Shown here piece by piece: positions 30,622-39,564 of a DNA stretch of 64,000 nucleotides; within the stretch, counting starts at the first letter, position 1, and each line of letters begins with the position of its first letter. This DNA comes from Candidatus Cloacimonadota bacterium (GTDB lineage Bacteria; Cloacimonadota; Cloacimonadia; G963667145): contig OY762940.1 in the NCBI GenBank assembly GCA_963667255.1, positions 448,001 through 512,000 of the forward strand, in the 5' to 3' direction. Position numbers and translations under genes: made by a program. The notes beneath the pieces were generated by a model. That model saw nothing but the letters and a program-made list of their open reading frames with translations, was not told the origin of the DNA and did not search any database.

Positions 30622-31326
30622 ATGCAACAAAATATAATTTATGAAAACAGTTCGGTTAGTCAGTCGCTGGTCGCCAGATTTATGTATGCGACATATCTAT
30701 GGATGGGTATCGGTCTGTGCGTTACGGGATTTGTAGCAATGGCAGTAGCGTCTATGCCGTCTGTATTGGCTTTCTTTTATTACAATAGAATAATGCTTTT
30801 CGGCGTTCTCATCGCCGAGATTGGCTTAGTCTTTTATTTGGCGTCGCATCTGATGAAGATGGAATATTCCAAAGCAAGAAACCTGTTTTTGGTCTATGCA
30901 GTTCTCAACGGAATCTCCATGGCAGGCATCTTCATCGTCTATACAGGCTCGTCCATCTCGGCCACTTTTTTGGTAACAGCAGTGACTTTCGGGATAATGT
31001 GTTTATACGGCTACATCACCAAAACAGACCTTTCTCGCTTCGGCAATATTTTGTTCATGGGCTTGATAGGGATTATCGTAGCTTCGTTCGCCAATATGTT
31101 TTTCGCTTCCAGTGGATTTTCCAGAGCGATTACCTACATCGGAGTCCTTCTCTTCTGTGGGATTACCGCTTACGATACGCAATATCTAAAAAGAGTTGCT
31201 CTCTCCACCACGGACGAAACTGCTTTGCTCAAACTGTCGCTCTACGGGGCGTTGAAGCTGTATTTGGATTTCATCAATATGTTTATGTTTATGCTCCGCC
31301 TGATGAGTGCTGGCGGCAGAGATTAA
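30622..31326 (+). CDS. Bax inhibitor-1/YccA family membrane protein
   Basis: About 7 TM segments; GYITKTDLS, TAYDTQ, ALKLYLDFINMF. Confidence 0.92.
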   Translation: MQQNIIYENSSVSQSLVARFMYATYLWMGIGLCVTGFVAMAVASMPSVLAFFYYNRIMLFGVLIAEIGLVFYLASHLMKMEYSKARNLFLVYAVLNGISMAGIFIVYTGSSISATFLVTAVTFGIMCLYGYITKTDLSRFGNILFMGLIGIIVASFANMFFASSGFSRAITYIGVLLFCGITAYDTQYLKRVALSTTDETALLKLSLYGALKLYLDFINMFMFMLRLMSAGGRD

Positions 31327-31357
31327 AGAAGTTTAGAACCATTCAAGGAGAAATTTT

Positions 31358-31735
31358 ATGAAAGAGTTAATCAAGACAGGCAAAGCACCTGCGGCTATCG
31401 GTCCGTATTCGCAAGCAACCAAAGTCGGAAACCTTTTGTTTGTGTCGGGGCAATTGCCTCTTGACCCAAAAACAATGGAATTTGTCGGAGACGACATCGT
31501 CTCTCAAACCGAGCAATCTCTAAAAAATCTGATTGCCATTGTTGAGGCTGCCGGCTCCAGTGTAGAGAAGATTGCCAAGGTGAACATCTTTCTTGCCGAC
31601 ATCAAAGATTTTGCAGCTATGAACGAAGTTTACGCCAAGTTCTTCACCGCAAATCCTCCGGCTCGTGCAGCGGTGGAGGTTGCCAATTTGCCCAAATACG
31701 CCAAGGTGGAGATAGAGGCTGTCGCTGAATGTTAA
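31358..31735 (+). CDS. ridA: RidA family enamine/imine deaminase
   Basis: APAAIGPYSQA, SGQLP, FAAMNEVY, PPARAAVEV, VEIEA. Confidence 0.93.
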   Translation: MKELIKTGKAPAAIGPYSQATKVGNLLFVSGQLPLDPKTMEFVGDDIVSQTEQSLKNLIAIVEAAGSSVEKIAKVNIFLADIKDFAAMNEVYAKFFTANPPARAAVEVANLPKYAKVEIEAVAEC

Positions 31736-32508
31736 ACTATCCGAACTTTGACCCCACTATCGTCAAAATCGGCTTCTTGCAAATTCGTTGGTATGGAGTT
31801 TGCTACCTAATCAGCATTGTTTTCGGCTACCTTTTCTACAGAGATGTGATGCTGTGGCGAGGAGTAAAAATCAGCAAGAAACTTTACGAGGACTTGCTTT
31901 TTTACTTGATAATGGGCGTAATATTCGGCGGTCGATTAGGCTATGTTTTATTCTACAACTTGTCCTATTATCTGTCCAATCCGTTAGAGATTTTCGCAGT
32001 TTGGCACGGAGGAATGAGCTTCCACGGCGGAGCTCTCGGAGTTGCTTTGCTGGGTTTGTATTTCGTCAAAAAAAATGGTTTGAGCTTTTACGATTGTGCC
32101 GATTGTGTCACGCCGTTCCTTGCTGTTGGCTTGGGAATGGGTCGTCTGGGCAATTTCATCAATGGAGAACTCTTTGGCAGAGTCACCGATGTTCCTTGGG
32201 GAATGATTTTCCCCTTCGGCGGTGCTTTGCCCCGTCATCCGTCGCAACTATACGAGTTTATCTTGGAAGGGGTAATCCTCGGTCTCATTTGTTGGTTTGC
32301 TCTTCGCAAGATTAAGACTTCGGGCATTGTGTTTTGGATATTCATCGGTGGTTATGGAGTTTTCCGCTTTTTCGTGGAGTTCTTCCGTCAGCCCGATGCT
32401 CAATTGGGCTACATTCTTTTCGGCTGGATTACCATGGGACAAATCCTCAGCTTTTTGATGGTAATTCTTGCGATATTTATGTCGGTCAGGATTTATAGAG
32501 CGAGATAA
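31729..32508 (+). CDS. lgt: Prolipoprotein diacylglyceryl transferase
   Basis: IRWYG, GGRLGYVLFY, GGMSFHGG, GRLGNFINGE, RHPSQLYE, RFFVEFFR. Confidence 0.97.
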   Translation: MLNYPNFDPTIVKIGFLQIRWYGVCYLISIVFGYLFYRDVMLWRGVKISKKLYEDLLFYLIMGVIFGGRLGYVLFYNLSYYLSNPLEIFAVWHGGMSFHGGALGVALLGLYFVKKNGLSFYDCADCVTPFLAVGLGMGRLGNFINGELFGRVTDVPWGMIFPFGGALPRHPSQLYEFILEGVILGLICWFALRKIKTSGIVFWIFIGGYGVFRFFVEFFRQPDAQLGYILFGWITMGQILSFLMVILAIFMSVRIYRAR

Positions 32509-32549
32509 GGCAAGAGATTAATTGAAAAATAGAGTAATGAGGAGTAATT

Positions 32550-32891
32550 ATGACAGATGCTGTTATGAAGATGAATAGTGAAGATGCAGAGAAATCTTAT
32601 TTTGATGGTGGACTTTTGCAACTAATTGGTTGGAAAATATTGGGTTTCTTTTTAACGCTGTTTACTTTTGGGATATGTTTTCCTTGGGCTTTATGTATGA
32701 TATATGGTTGGAAGATAAATCACACAGTAATTGAAGGGAAAAGATTGAAATTTAATGGGAAAGGAATAGGGTTGTTTGGGAATTGGATAAAATGGTTAGT
32801 GTTGTGTTATATTACGCTTGGAATATATGGATTTTGGGTAGGTATAGCCTTAGAAAAATGGAAAGTTAAGAATGTAACTTTTGCTAATTAG
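32550..32891 (+). CDS. Short DUF898/YjgN-like membrane protein
   Basis: SYFDGG...TFGICFPWA..HT.IEGKRLKFNG..ITLGIY; internal two-fold repeat; AT-rich. Confidence 0.7.
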   Translation: MTDAVMKMNSEDAEKSYFDGGLLQLIGWKILGFFLTLFTFGICFPWALCMIYGWKINHTVIEGKRLKFNGKGIGLFGNWIKWLVLCYITLGIYGFWVGIALEKWKVKNVTFAN

Positions 32892-32933
32892 TATGATTAA
32901 ACTCAATGGAGTTATGGGTAAGGCTACAATTAG

Positions 32934-33515
32934 ATGAAAAATAAGAAAAATTTAATTAGGAAAGTGCTATTTCTTGGCACTTTTCTTTTTTGTGGATGTA
33001 GTATTGGATTGCTAACTCTCAAGCCAAAAGTAACGAAACATCAACTTGAGCAATGGAAATCGTTTACTATTCGGGGAACAGCGAAGATTTGGCAAGACGG
33101 CAAGCAAATCGAGCAGAAAATCTACATTAACAAAGACAAAGGGTTCTCCATCGTTTGCTATGGAGGTGGTGTTTTTGGAGTTAATCCCATTCCGTCTCTT
33201 GTGATAGAAGCGAACGGCGACAAGATTTCTTACAAAGACAAAACGATGTCGGAGGAGAGAAATTTAGATTCTGCGACGGATAAGCCACTGTATTCTGTTC
33301 TCTATGCCATGAGCAGGCTGGACGAAGTTTATACCACCCAGACGACAAAAATCGGAAACGCCAAGATTAAAGTTGATGAGCTTGGAAATCCCATTCAAAT
33401 CGCTTCCGGCAGCTTGAAAGTTGTCATGAGTTACGAGAAAAATGGGTTGCAAAAATTAGAGATTTACTTCGGTCTCAAGAAGGTTTTGGAGACTATAGAA
33501 ATAGCAAGAGAGTGA
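32934..33515 (+). CDS. Hypothetical exported protein/lipoprotein
   Basis: Basic N-terminus, hydrophobic stretch, FCG-C; alternating beta-strand-like pattern. Confidence 0.65.
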   Translation: MKNKKNLIRKVLFLGTFLFCGCSIGLLTLKPKVTKHQLEQWKSFTIRGTAKIWQDGKQIEQKIYINKDKGFSIVCYGGGVFGVNPIPSLVIEANGDKISYKDKTMSEERNLDSATDKPLYSVLYAMSRLDEVYTTQTTKIGNAKIKVDELGNPIQIASGSLKVVMSYEKNGLQKLEIYFGLKKVLETIEIARE

Positions 33516-33548
33516 CAGAAAAAGCGGATTTTTTGGGTCTTTTCCACT

Positions 33549-33585
33549 CCTCATTCCAGCGAAAGCGGGAATATAGTTGGGATTG
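33549..33585 (+). repeat. REP/dRS3-like palindromic element
   Basis: CCTCATTCCAGCGAAAGCGGGAATATAGTTGGGATTG, nearly identical to 41269-41305. Confidence 0.8.
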
Positions 33586-33638
33586 TATTTATTATGATAA
33601 TTCTTGTCTCAATTTACAATAACCCCATAAGAAAACAC

Positions 33639-33682
33639 ATCTAACGGTGGCGGTATGAAATCTTTGGGGATAATGTTAGCTG
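33639..33682 (-). mobile_element. Degenerate attC-like site closing the R-M cassette
   Basis: Minus strand CAGCTAAC-29 nt-GTTAGAT, 16 nt after the MTase stop; CAGCTAAC is the exact reverse complement of GTTAGCTG at the 5' end (37401-37394). Confidence 0.5.
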
Positions 33683-33698
33683 GGGGATTTCTTTTCTT

Positions 33699-34826
33699 TT
33701 AATCTTTTTCTGTCAGTTTAAAAAATTCAAATCCTTCATTTTTGCGGGATTCTCTTTCTAATATTCCCAAACTTTTACCTTTTAAAACTAGTCTTTGTCG
33801 TTCTACAACATAGTCAATAATATGTTCCCCTTTGTCAATACCGATATATTGTCTTTTCATTTTGTGAGCAACAGCAATTGTTGAACCCGACCCTACATAA
33901 GCGTCTAAAATCAAGTCATTTTCATTTGTCGCTATATCGAATATTCTTTTTACTAGTCTTTCAGGCTTTGGGGTATCAAATACTTCTTTGTCTGGAAATA
34001 ATTTTATTAGATGCTTTTTAGCCTCTTTATTTGTCCCTACGTCACTCCCAAGCCAAAGAGTATCAGGAGTAATTTTTATTTCAGACTCAGATAGAAATTT
34101 TTTAAGTCTCGGAACTCCGTTATCTTTTAGTCCAAACCAAATTCTTCTGTCTTTAATAAGGTTATTCATTTTCGCTTTATTGTAAACCCAACATCTACCT
34201 TTTGGTGGATTATGTTTTTTCCCATTAGGACTTACTAATTCATAAAATTGTGACTTTACTGCGTGACCTGCTTGCACATTTAATGATACAGATTGCCAAG
34301 GACCCCTTTCGTCATTGTCAGGATTTTTATATCTATCAATTTGTTCTTCATTACCTTTTAGTTTGTTAATGGATTTTGTAAACAAGGGTTTATTTTTGGC
34401 ATAGACAAGAATATACTCGTGATTATTTGAAAACATCTTCCTGTTCTCTCTAGTTGTTCTTTGTTGCCAAACTATTGTTGTGACAAAATTATTCCTATCA
34501 AAGATTTCATCTGCTGCAACTTTGAGATAATGAACTTCAGAATCATCAATAGAAATCCAAATACTACCATCAGGGGTTAATAATGGCTTTAATTTTCTTA
34601 GTCTTTCCTTTATTTTAACTGTCCATTCTTCATGTATTGAATCGTCATAATGAGTATAATTTTCTCCGTTATTGTATGGAGGGTCAATATAAATGCACTT
34701 AACTTTATCTGTGTAGTCTTTAGCAAGCAAGTCTAATACATCAAGGTTTTCACCTTGTATTATTTTTCTCGTTTCTTTTTGATTGGTTAGAGAAGAGAGT
34801 GCTTTTATTAGTTTCAATTCTTTCAT
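33699..34826 (-). CDS. DNA methyltransferase, beta class (N6_N4_Mtase, Mod-like)
   Basis: Motif IV YIDPPYN near the N-terminus; TPKPERL and motif I LDAYVGSGST near the C-terminus. Confidence 0.92.
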   Translation of the reverse strand: MKELKLIKALSSLTNQKETRKIIQGENLDVLDLLAKDYTDKVKCIYIDPPYNNGENYTHYDDSIHEEWTVKIKERLRKLKPLLTPDGSIWISIDDSEVHYLKVAADEIFDRNNFVTTIVWQQRTTRENRKMFSNNHEYILVYAKNKPLFTKSINKLKGNEEQIDRYKNPDNDERGPWQSVSLNVQAGHAVKSQFYELVSPNGKKHNPPKGRCWVYNKAKMNNLIKDRRIWFGLKDNGVPRLKKFLSESEIKITPDTLWLGSDVGTNKEAKKHLIKLFPDKEVFDTPKPERLVKRIFDIATNENDLILDAYVGSGSTIAVAHKMKRQYIGIDKGEHIIDYVVERQRLVLKGKSLGILERESRKNEGFEFFKLTEKD

Positions 34827-36190
34827 CTATTTCGGCAAATTATTAAAACTTCTGCTGAATCGTCAGCTTTTAAATGTAGGTCAGTTCTATTTAATTTACT
34901 ATGTGAAAATCTCCCAACCGAGCGAATCTCAACAAAGTCAAAATAGGTTTTAGCCATTTCTTCTAACAATTTTATTTCAACACATCTCGGATGTGCACCT
35001 TTTGATTTATCAAATGGCGAATATGACAAGATTAAAATTCTATTTTTCTCTGATACTAGTTTGAAAAGTTCATCAAAAGCTTTTGGAGCTTTTGAAAGAA
35101 TGCAGAAATCAGACTGTTCCCGTTCTTCACGATAAAGACCTCTGCTTAGTTTTTCTTTGCCACCAATTTTGGTCTTAGAAATTTTTGGAAAGTCTCTAAG
35201 ACTTAAAGTTTCTAAGCCGTGATAAAAACGGCTATAATGGTCTCTTGTGTATGGTGGGTCAGCATAAATTACTCTAATATCTTCACCAAGATTTTTGAGG
35301 GCTTCTTTGTAATCATCTTGTATAATTTGGTGATTAAAACCTGTATGTCGGTTATTCAAATACTTGTTTAGCCATTGATTATAAAGAAAAAGAACATCAA
35401 CATTTCTATCTTTTCTTAACTGTTTTAATATTCCTTTTTTTGGATGCCCGTCCTTATTTCTTGGTCTTATTGGTTGAGCGAATTGCTTTCCAACAGTATT
35501 TACAATATCACTTGCAGTGCTTAGTAATGTAGCGAGCAAAAAGTTATGGTATTTTGGATTTGTATTTTCAATCTCAGAAATTATGGCATCAATCATTACA
35601 GATTGCTTGAAAGAAAAATAAACTCCTCCAAAATATTTAGTTGCAATAAATGAATTGGTCTTATGATTTTTTAGATTGATTTCTATTTTTTCAAATGCTT
35701 CTTTTAGCTCTGGAAACAAATTATCATTCCTTTCATCTGATAGATATGCATAAAGAGAAGAGCTCTCCAAAAAATTACATACAGTTTCAAGATTTAAACT
35801 TAATTTTCCATTTACAAGAGAATCTTCCAAAGAAATCACTGGTTGGAATATATTCAAGTATTCATTGAAATATTTAGAACTCTGTAAACTTTTAGAGAAA
35901 GAACGAGTAAATTCATCTGAAATCGGGTTTAAAAGTGCGGAACATATAACGCTTGAATAATTTTGAATATCAACCGAGACTACTTTTCTTTCAGAAGAAA
36001 AATGCTGACTAACTGAGCCAGTTCCTGAAAACAAGTCACAAATGCCATTTTTTTCAGGGTCTAATTCATCAATAACTTGTTTAATAAACTCAAGAACTCT
36101 TAGTTTACTTCCCAAATAGTGAATTGTCCTAAATGAACTAGGTCTTTTAAATATTTTACTATTATCTAATATTTTTTTCGCTACTTCCAT
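34823..36190 (-). CDS. DNA adenine methyltransferase, alpha class (Dam/D12-like)
   Basis: HYLGSK and motif I DLFSGTGSV at the N-terminus; motif IV YADPPY, YSRFYH near the C-terminus. Confidence 0.9.
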   Translation of the reverse strand: MEVAKKILDNSKIFKRPSSFRTIHYLGSKLRVLEFIKQVIDELDPEKNGICDLFSGTGSVSQHFSSERKVVSVDIQNYSSVICSALLNPISDEFTRSFSKSLQSSKYFNEYLNIFQPVISLEDSLVNGKLSLNLETVCNFLESSSLYAYLSDERNDNLFPELKEAFEKIEINLKNHKTNSFIATKYFGGVYFSFKQSVMIDAIISEIENTNPKYHNFLLATLLSTASDIVNTVGKQFAQPIRPRNKDGHPKKGILKQLRKDRNVDVLFLYNQWLNKYLNNRHTGFNHQIIQDDYKEALKNLGEDIRVIYADPPYTRDHYSRFYHGLETLSLRDFPKISKTKIGGKEKLSRGLYREEREQSDFCILSKAPKAFDELFKLVSEKNRILILSYSPFDKSKGAHPRCVEIKLLEEMAKTYFDFVEIRSVGRFSHSKLNRTDLHLKADDSAEVLIICRNR

Positions 36191-36201
36191 TTTTATTAAA
36201 T

Positions 36202-37320
36202 CTAAACCAAGTATCTGTTAAATACTGTTGTTCTTATAAGTTCACTAATTTTATTGATTCTTGTTGTTATCCTCTTCATCCTATTAGTTCTACCCGTCCA
36301 ATTTGTCTGCAACCAATCATTAATTTCTGCATACAAAGGTTGGTTGGGCATATACAAGTGATATAAAAACATTCTTGTCGTTACTTTTACAAAAATGCCT
36401 ATAGGCTTTCCATTGTTTGGATAAGGTAGTCCACTCGCTGCATTTAATTCAAATCTATAGTTTTGACTTACTACTGAAACACTTGGCCTTACTTCGATTT
36501 CAGATAAAGATAAATCATCATTGATGTTTCTTAGGAGAATTCTTTGATTGTTGTTTCCTGGCATAGCACCGAAAAAATTTTGAAAAGTATCAATGTCGAA
36601 ATTAGCTTGTTTCCATCTATCACCACTTCTTGGAACTTCAGCAATTAGAACTTCACTGTCTGGGTAAAATTGCCAACCATCTTGATGAAGGGTTTCAATC
36701 TCGTCTAATTCTACAACTGGGATTTCTTCTTCAATAACTACTTCTTCCTCAGGTCTTCTAATTCGAGTTCTTCTAATATATTGATTGTCTGTTGCTTTTC
36801 TAATCACATCGGCATTATCAATATCTTTTAATAGTTCATTTGATTGCAGCAACCAAGCGTTCCAATATTGTTCAATCCGAACCAATTCATCAACTGATAA
36901 TTGTAAAAGAATGAAAGCTTCTCGATTTCTCCTTAAACCGCCCAATGTCAAATTACCCGAACCGACTATTAAAGTTCCTGATTCATCTTGGTTCTTAAAA
37001 AAGCTCAATTTTGGATGGAATAAAGAACCCTTATTGTTGTGGTCAAATGCTTTAACAGTCAAATTTGGTTTGGCTGCCTTTATTACACTTAGTGCTTCTA
37101 AGCATGCAAGGTTTGTTATTTCATCAATACCAACAATTAATGAGTATCCCCCTCTGTCCAAAAGTGATTCAAAAACACTATCTTTTAATAGTATCTCAAT
37201 TCCACTTTTTGTTGCAAACGCATATGCTCCCTTTCCTTGTATTGAAGTTGAGCATGATTGGATTAATGCTTCGTGGAGCGTATATGAGTCAGAAAAATAT
37301 GGATCTTGAAAGTGTAACAT
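36202..37320 (-). CDS. Phospholipase-D-family nuclease, probable restriction endonuclease (BfiI/NgoFVII-like N-domain)
   Basis: FHPKL...IVGSGNLT.GGL..N.EA PLD nuclease motif; co-oriented with two MTases. Confidence 0.82.
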   Translation of the reverse strand: MLHFQDPYFSDSYTLHEALIQSCSTSIQGKGAYAFATKSGIEILLKDSVFESLLDRGGYSLIVGIDEITNLACLEALSVIKAAKPNLTVKAFDHNNKGSLFHPKLSFFKNQDESGTLIVGSGNLTLGGLRRNREAFILLQLSVDELVRIEQYWNAWLLQSNELLKDIDNADVIRKATDNQYIRRTRIRRPEEEVVIEEEIPVVELDEIETLHQDGWQFYPDSEVLIAEVPRSGDRWKQANFDIDTFQNFFGAMPGNNNQRILLRNINDDLSLSEIEVRPSVSVVSQNYRFELNAASGLPYPNNGKPIGIFVKVTTRMFLYHLYMPNQPLYAEINDWLQTNWTGRTNRMKRITTRINKISELIRTTVFNRYLV

Positions 37321-37601
37321 TATATATTTATTAATTTCTTGTAAAGGTCTTAATTTTACAGTTTATTTCTGTTCGGAGTCGTTTTTTTAATTACAGCTAA
37401 CTTCTCCGCAAACTCAATGGCGTTTATTTCCCCAAATTGACAGGCTAAAGACAATTGCATATACATTTCCTTTATGTTGATTTTATTCTTTTCTTTGTTT
37501 TCTCCACAAATATAAAATCCAAAATTTTAGTCAAAGGATATTTTACTTGAAGCGAGATTGTTTTTTCTATATTAGCAGAGACTCAAGCACTCTCCGCTTT
37601 C

Positions 37602-38819
37602 CTACTCATATCTCAACGCATCTATCGGATTGAGATTGGCTGCTTTTCTTGCAGGGTAATATCCGAAGAAAACCCCTATTCCGCCTGAGAAGACAAAGGC
37701 AATGAAAACAATCATCGGATGGATAGAAGTCGTGAGGGAGGAAAAGTAGTTTAAGCAAAGCGAGATGATGAACGCAAGCAAAACGCCCATCAGTCCGCCG
37801 AAGAGGCTCAAAGTGATAGACTCAGCCAAGAATTGGAAAAGGACATCTTTGCTTCTGGCACCGATGGACAGCCTGATGCCTATCTCTCTAGTTCGCTCGG
37901 TCACGGAGACGAGCATAATATTCATAATGCCGATACCGCCGACTATCAACGAAACACCGGCGATAGCTCCCAAAAGTAGCGTAAGAGTTTGGGAAGTGGA
38001 CGACGCCATCTCGGAGATTTCCGTTTGCGACAAGACTTTGAAGTCGTTGTCATCGTTGTCATCCAGTTTGTGCGAGGCTCTCATTATCGTCTCTACTTCG
38101 GCTTGTGCCTGAGTCATCAGAGAGATATCTTTGACACTGATGTAAATCAGATTAATTCTGTCAGAGCCTTTCAGCCTCGCCAGCACAGTATTGATAGGAG
38201 CCATGACGATGTCGTCTTGGTCGTTCCCCATGGAGTTCTCGCCTTTCTCTTCCAAAACACCAATCACTGTGAAAGGAGTGTTGTTAATCCTAATCCTCTC
38301 GCCAATCGGACTTTTATTCGGGAAAAGTTCCTCCACGATAGTCGCACCTATCACCGCAACTTTCTTTTTGTATTTCACATCTTTTGCCGTAAAGAAACTG
38401 CCTTCGGATAGCTCCCAATCTTTGATTTGCAGGAAATCCTCTGACACGCCTTGCACAGAGCCACTCCAGTTGCCATCACCGCCGATTATTTGTGCACCAG
38501 TGCTAGCAGAACCGGAAACATACTCGAAATAAGTTCCTTTCTTTTTCAAGGCTTCGCAATCGGTCAGCTTCATTCTGTTGAAACTGCCTCGACCTTGGCT
38601 AACTCCTCCGGTTTTTCTTTGACCTGGGAAAACCATAAGCAGATTTGTTCCGAGTGAATTGATTTGCTCCTCGATTTTTTCCTGTGAACCTTGCCCGATA
38701 GCCACCATCACGATTACCGAGCAGACACCGATGATAATACCCAACGAGGTAAGCGAGCTCCGCATCTTGTTCTTGAAAATGCTTTGTAAGGCGATTTTCA
38801 GAATTTTAATCAGTTTCAT
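37602..38819 (-). CDS. MacB-type ABC permease (FtsX domain)
   Basis: RSSLTSLGIIIGV, GGIGIMNIMLVSVTERTREIGIR, PARKAANLNPIDALRYE. Confidence 0.95.
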   Translation of the reverse strand: MKLIKILKIALQSIFKNKMRSSLTSLGIIIGVCSVIVMVAIGQGSQEKIEEQINSLGTNLLMVFPGQRKTGGVSQGRGSFNRMKLTDCEALKKKGTYFEYVSGSASTGAQIIGGDGNWSGSVQGVSEDFLQIKDWELSEGSFFTAKDVKYKKKVAVIGATIVEELFPNKSPIGERIRINNTPFTVIGVLEEKGENSMGNDQDDIVMAPINTVLARLKGSDRINLIYISVKDISLMTQAQAEVETIMRASHKLDDNDDNDFKVLSQTEISEMASSTSQTLTLLLGAIAGVSLIVGGIGIMNIMLVSVTERTREIGIRLSIGARSKDVLFQFLAESITLSLFGGLMGVLLAFIISLCLNYFSSLTTSIHPMIVFIAFVFSGGIGVFFGYYPARKAANLNPIDALRYE

Positions 38820-39555
38820 CAGTCACCTCTTTCCAATCTTTCAAAATCTCTTTTGCAATCAATCTCTTGTTTACAGGCTTATCGCTGATAATTTTGCCGT
38901 CCCGTAGCACGATAGAACGGTTGGCGTAATGAGAGATATCGTCTTCGTGAGTTACCAGGATAATGGTCTTGCCTTGCTCGTTCAACTCTTGGAAAACCGA
39001 CATAACATCCACGGAAGTCTTGGAGTCCAAGTTGCCCGTAGGCTCGTCTGCCAAGATGATAGCGGGATTATTTATCAAAGCTCTGGCGATAGCGACCCTC
39101 TGTTGCTGACCGCCCGACAATTGACTGGGAATATGGTCTATTCTTTCGCCGAGGTTGACTCTCTCCAGTGCTTTCATTGCCAACTCCTTGTGGTCTTTGA
39201 CATTGCTTGTGTGGTTGTAGAGCAGAGGCAATTCCACATTCTCCAGAGCGGAAGTCCTTGGCAAGAGGTTGAATCCTTGGAAGACAAAGCCGATTTTTTG
39301 GTTTCGGATGCTGGCGTATTGGTCTTTGGTCAGAGATGAGGTGTTTTCGCCATCCAAGAAGTAGTCGCCCTCGGTAGGCACATCCAGACATCCCAGCAGG
39401 TTCATCAAAGTTGATTTCCCCGAGCCTGATGTCCCCATTATCGCTACAAATTCGCCGTGCTGTATCTCCAAACTGATTTTCCTCAGAGCGTGCACCACTT
39501 GCTCTCCCATACGAAAAGTTTTGGAAATATTCTCCATTTTGATGACAGATTTCAT
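38806..39555 (-). CDS. ABC ATPase (MacB/LolD-type)
   Basis: GTSGSGKST, IGFVFQGFNLL, LSGGQQQRVAIARAL, ADEPTGNLD. Confidence 0.95.
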   Translation of the reverse strand: MKSVIKMENISKTFRMGEQVVHALRKISLEIQHGEFVAIMGTSGSGKSTLMNLLGCLDVPTEGDYFLDGENTSSLTKDQYASIRNQKIGFVFQGFNLLPRTSALENVELPLLYNHTSNVKDHKELAMKALERVNLGERIDHIPSQLSGGQQQRVAIARALINNPAIILADEPTGNLDSKTSVDVMSVFQELNEQGKTIILVTHEDDISHYANRSIVLRDGKIISDKPVNKRLIAKEILKDWKEVTDETD

Positions 39556-39564
39556 CTTGTTGCC

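Noticed and set aside
33699..34826. Type III R-M system (Mod-like MTase)
   Set aside because: No Res helicase; the partner is a PLD nuclease plus a second MTase.
32899..37420. Shared 11-mer AAACTCAATGG at ~32899 and ~37410 as an island target duplication
   Set aside because: Short and AT-rich; it would include an ordinary-composition gene, and the GTT/AAC cores explain the boundaries better.
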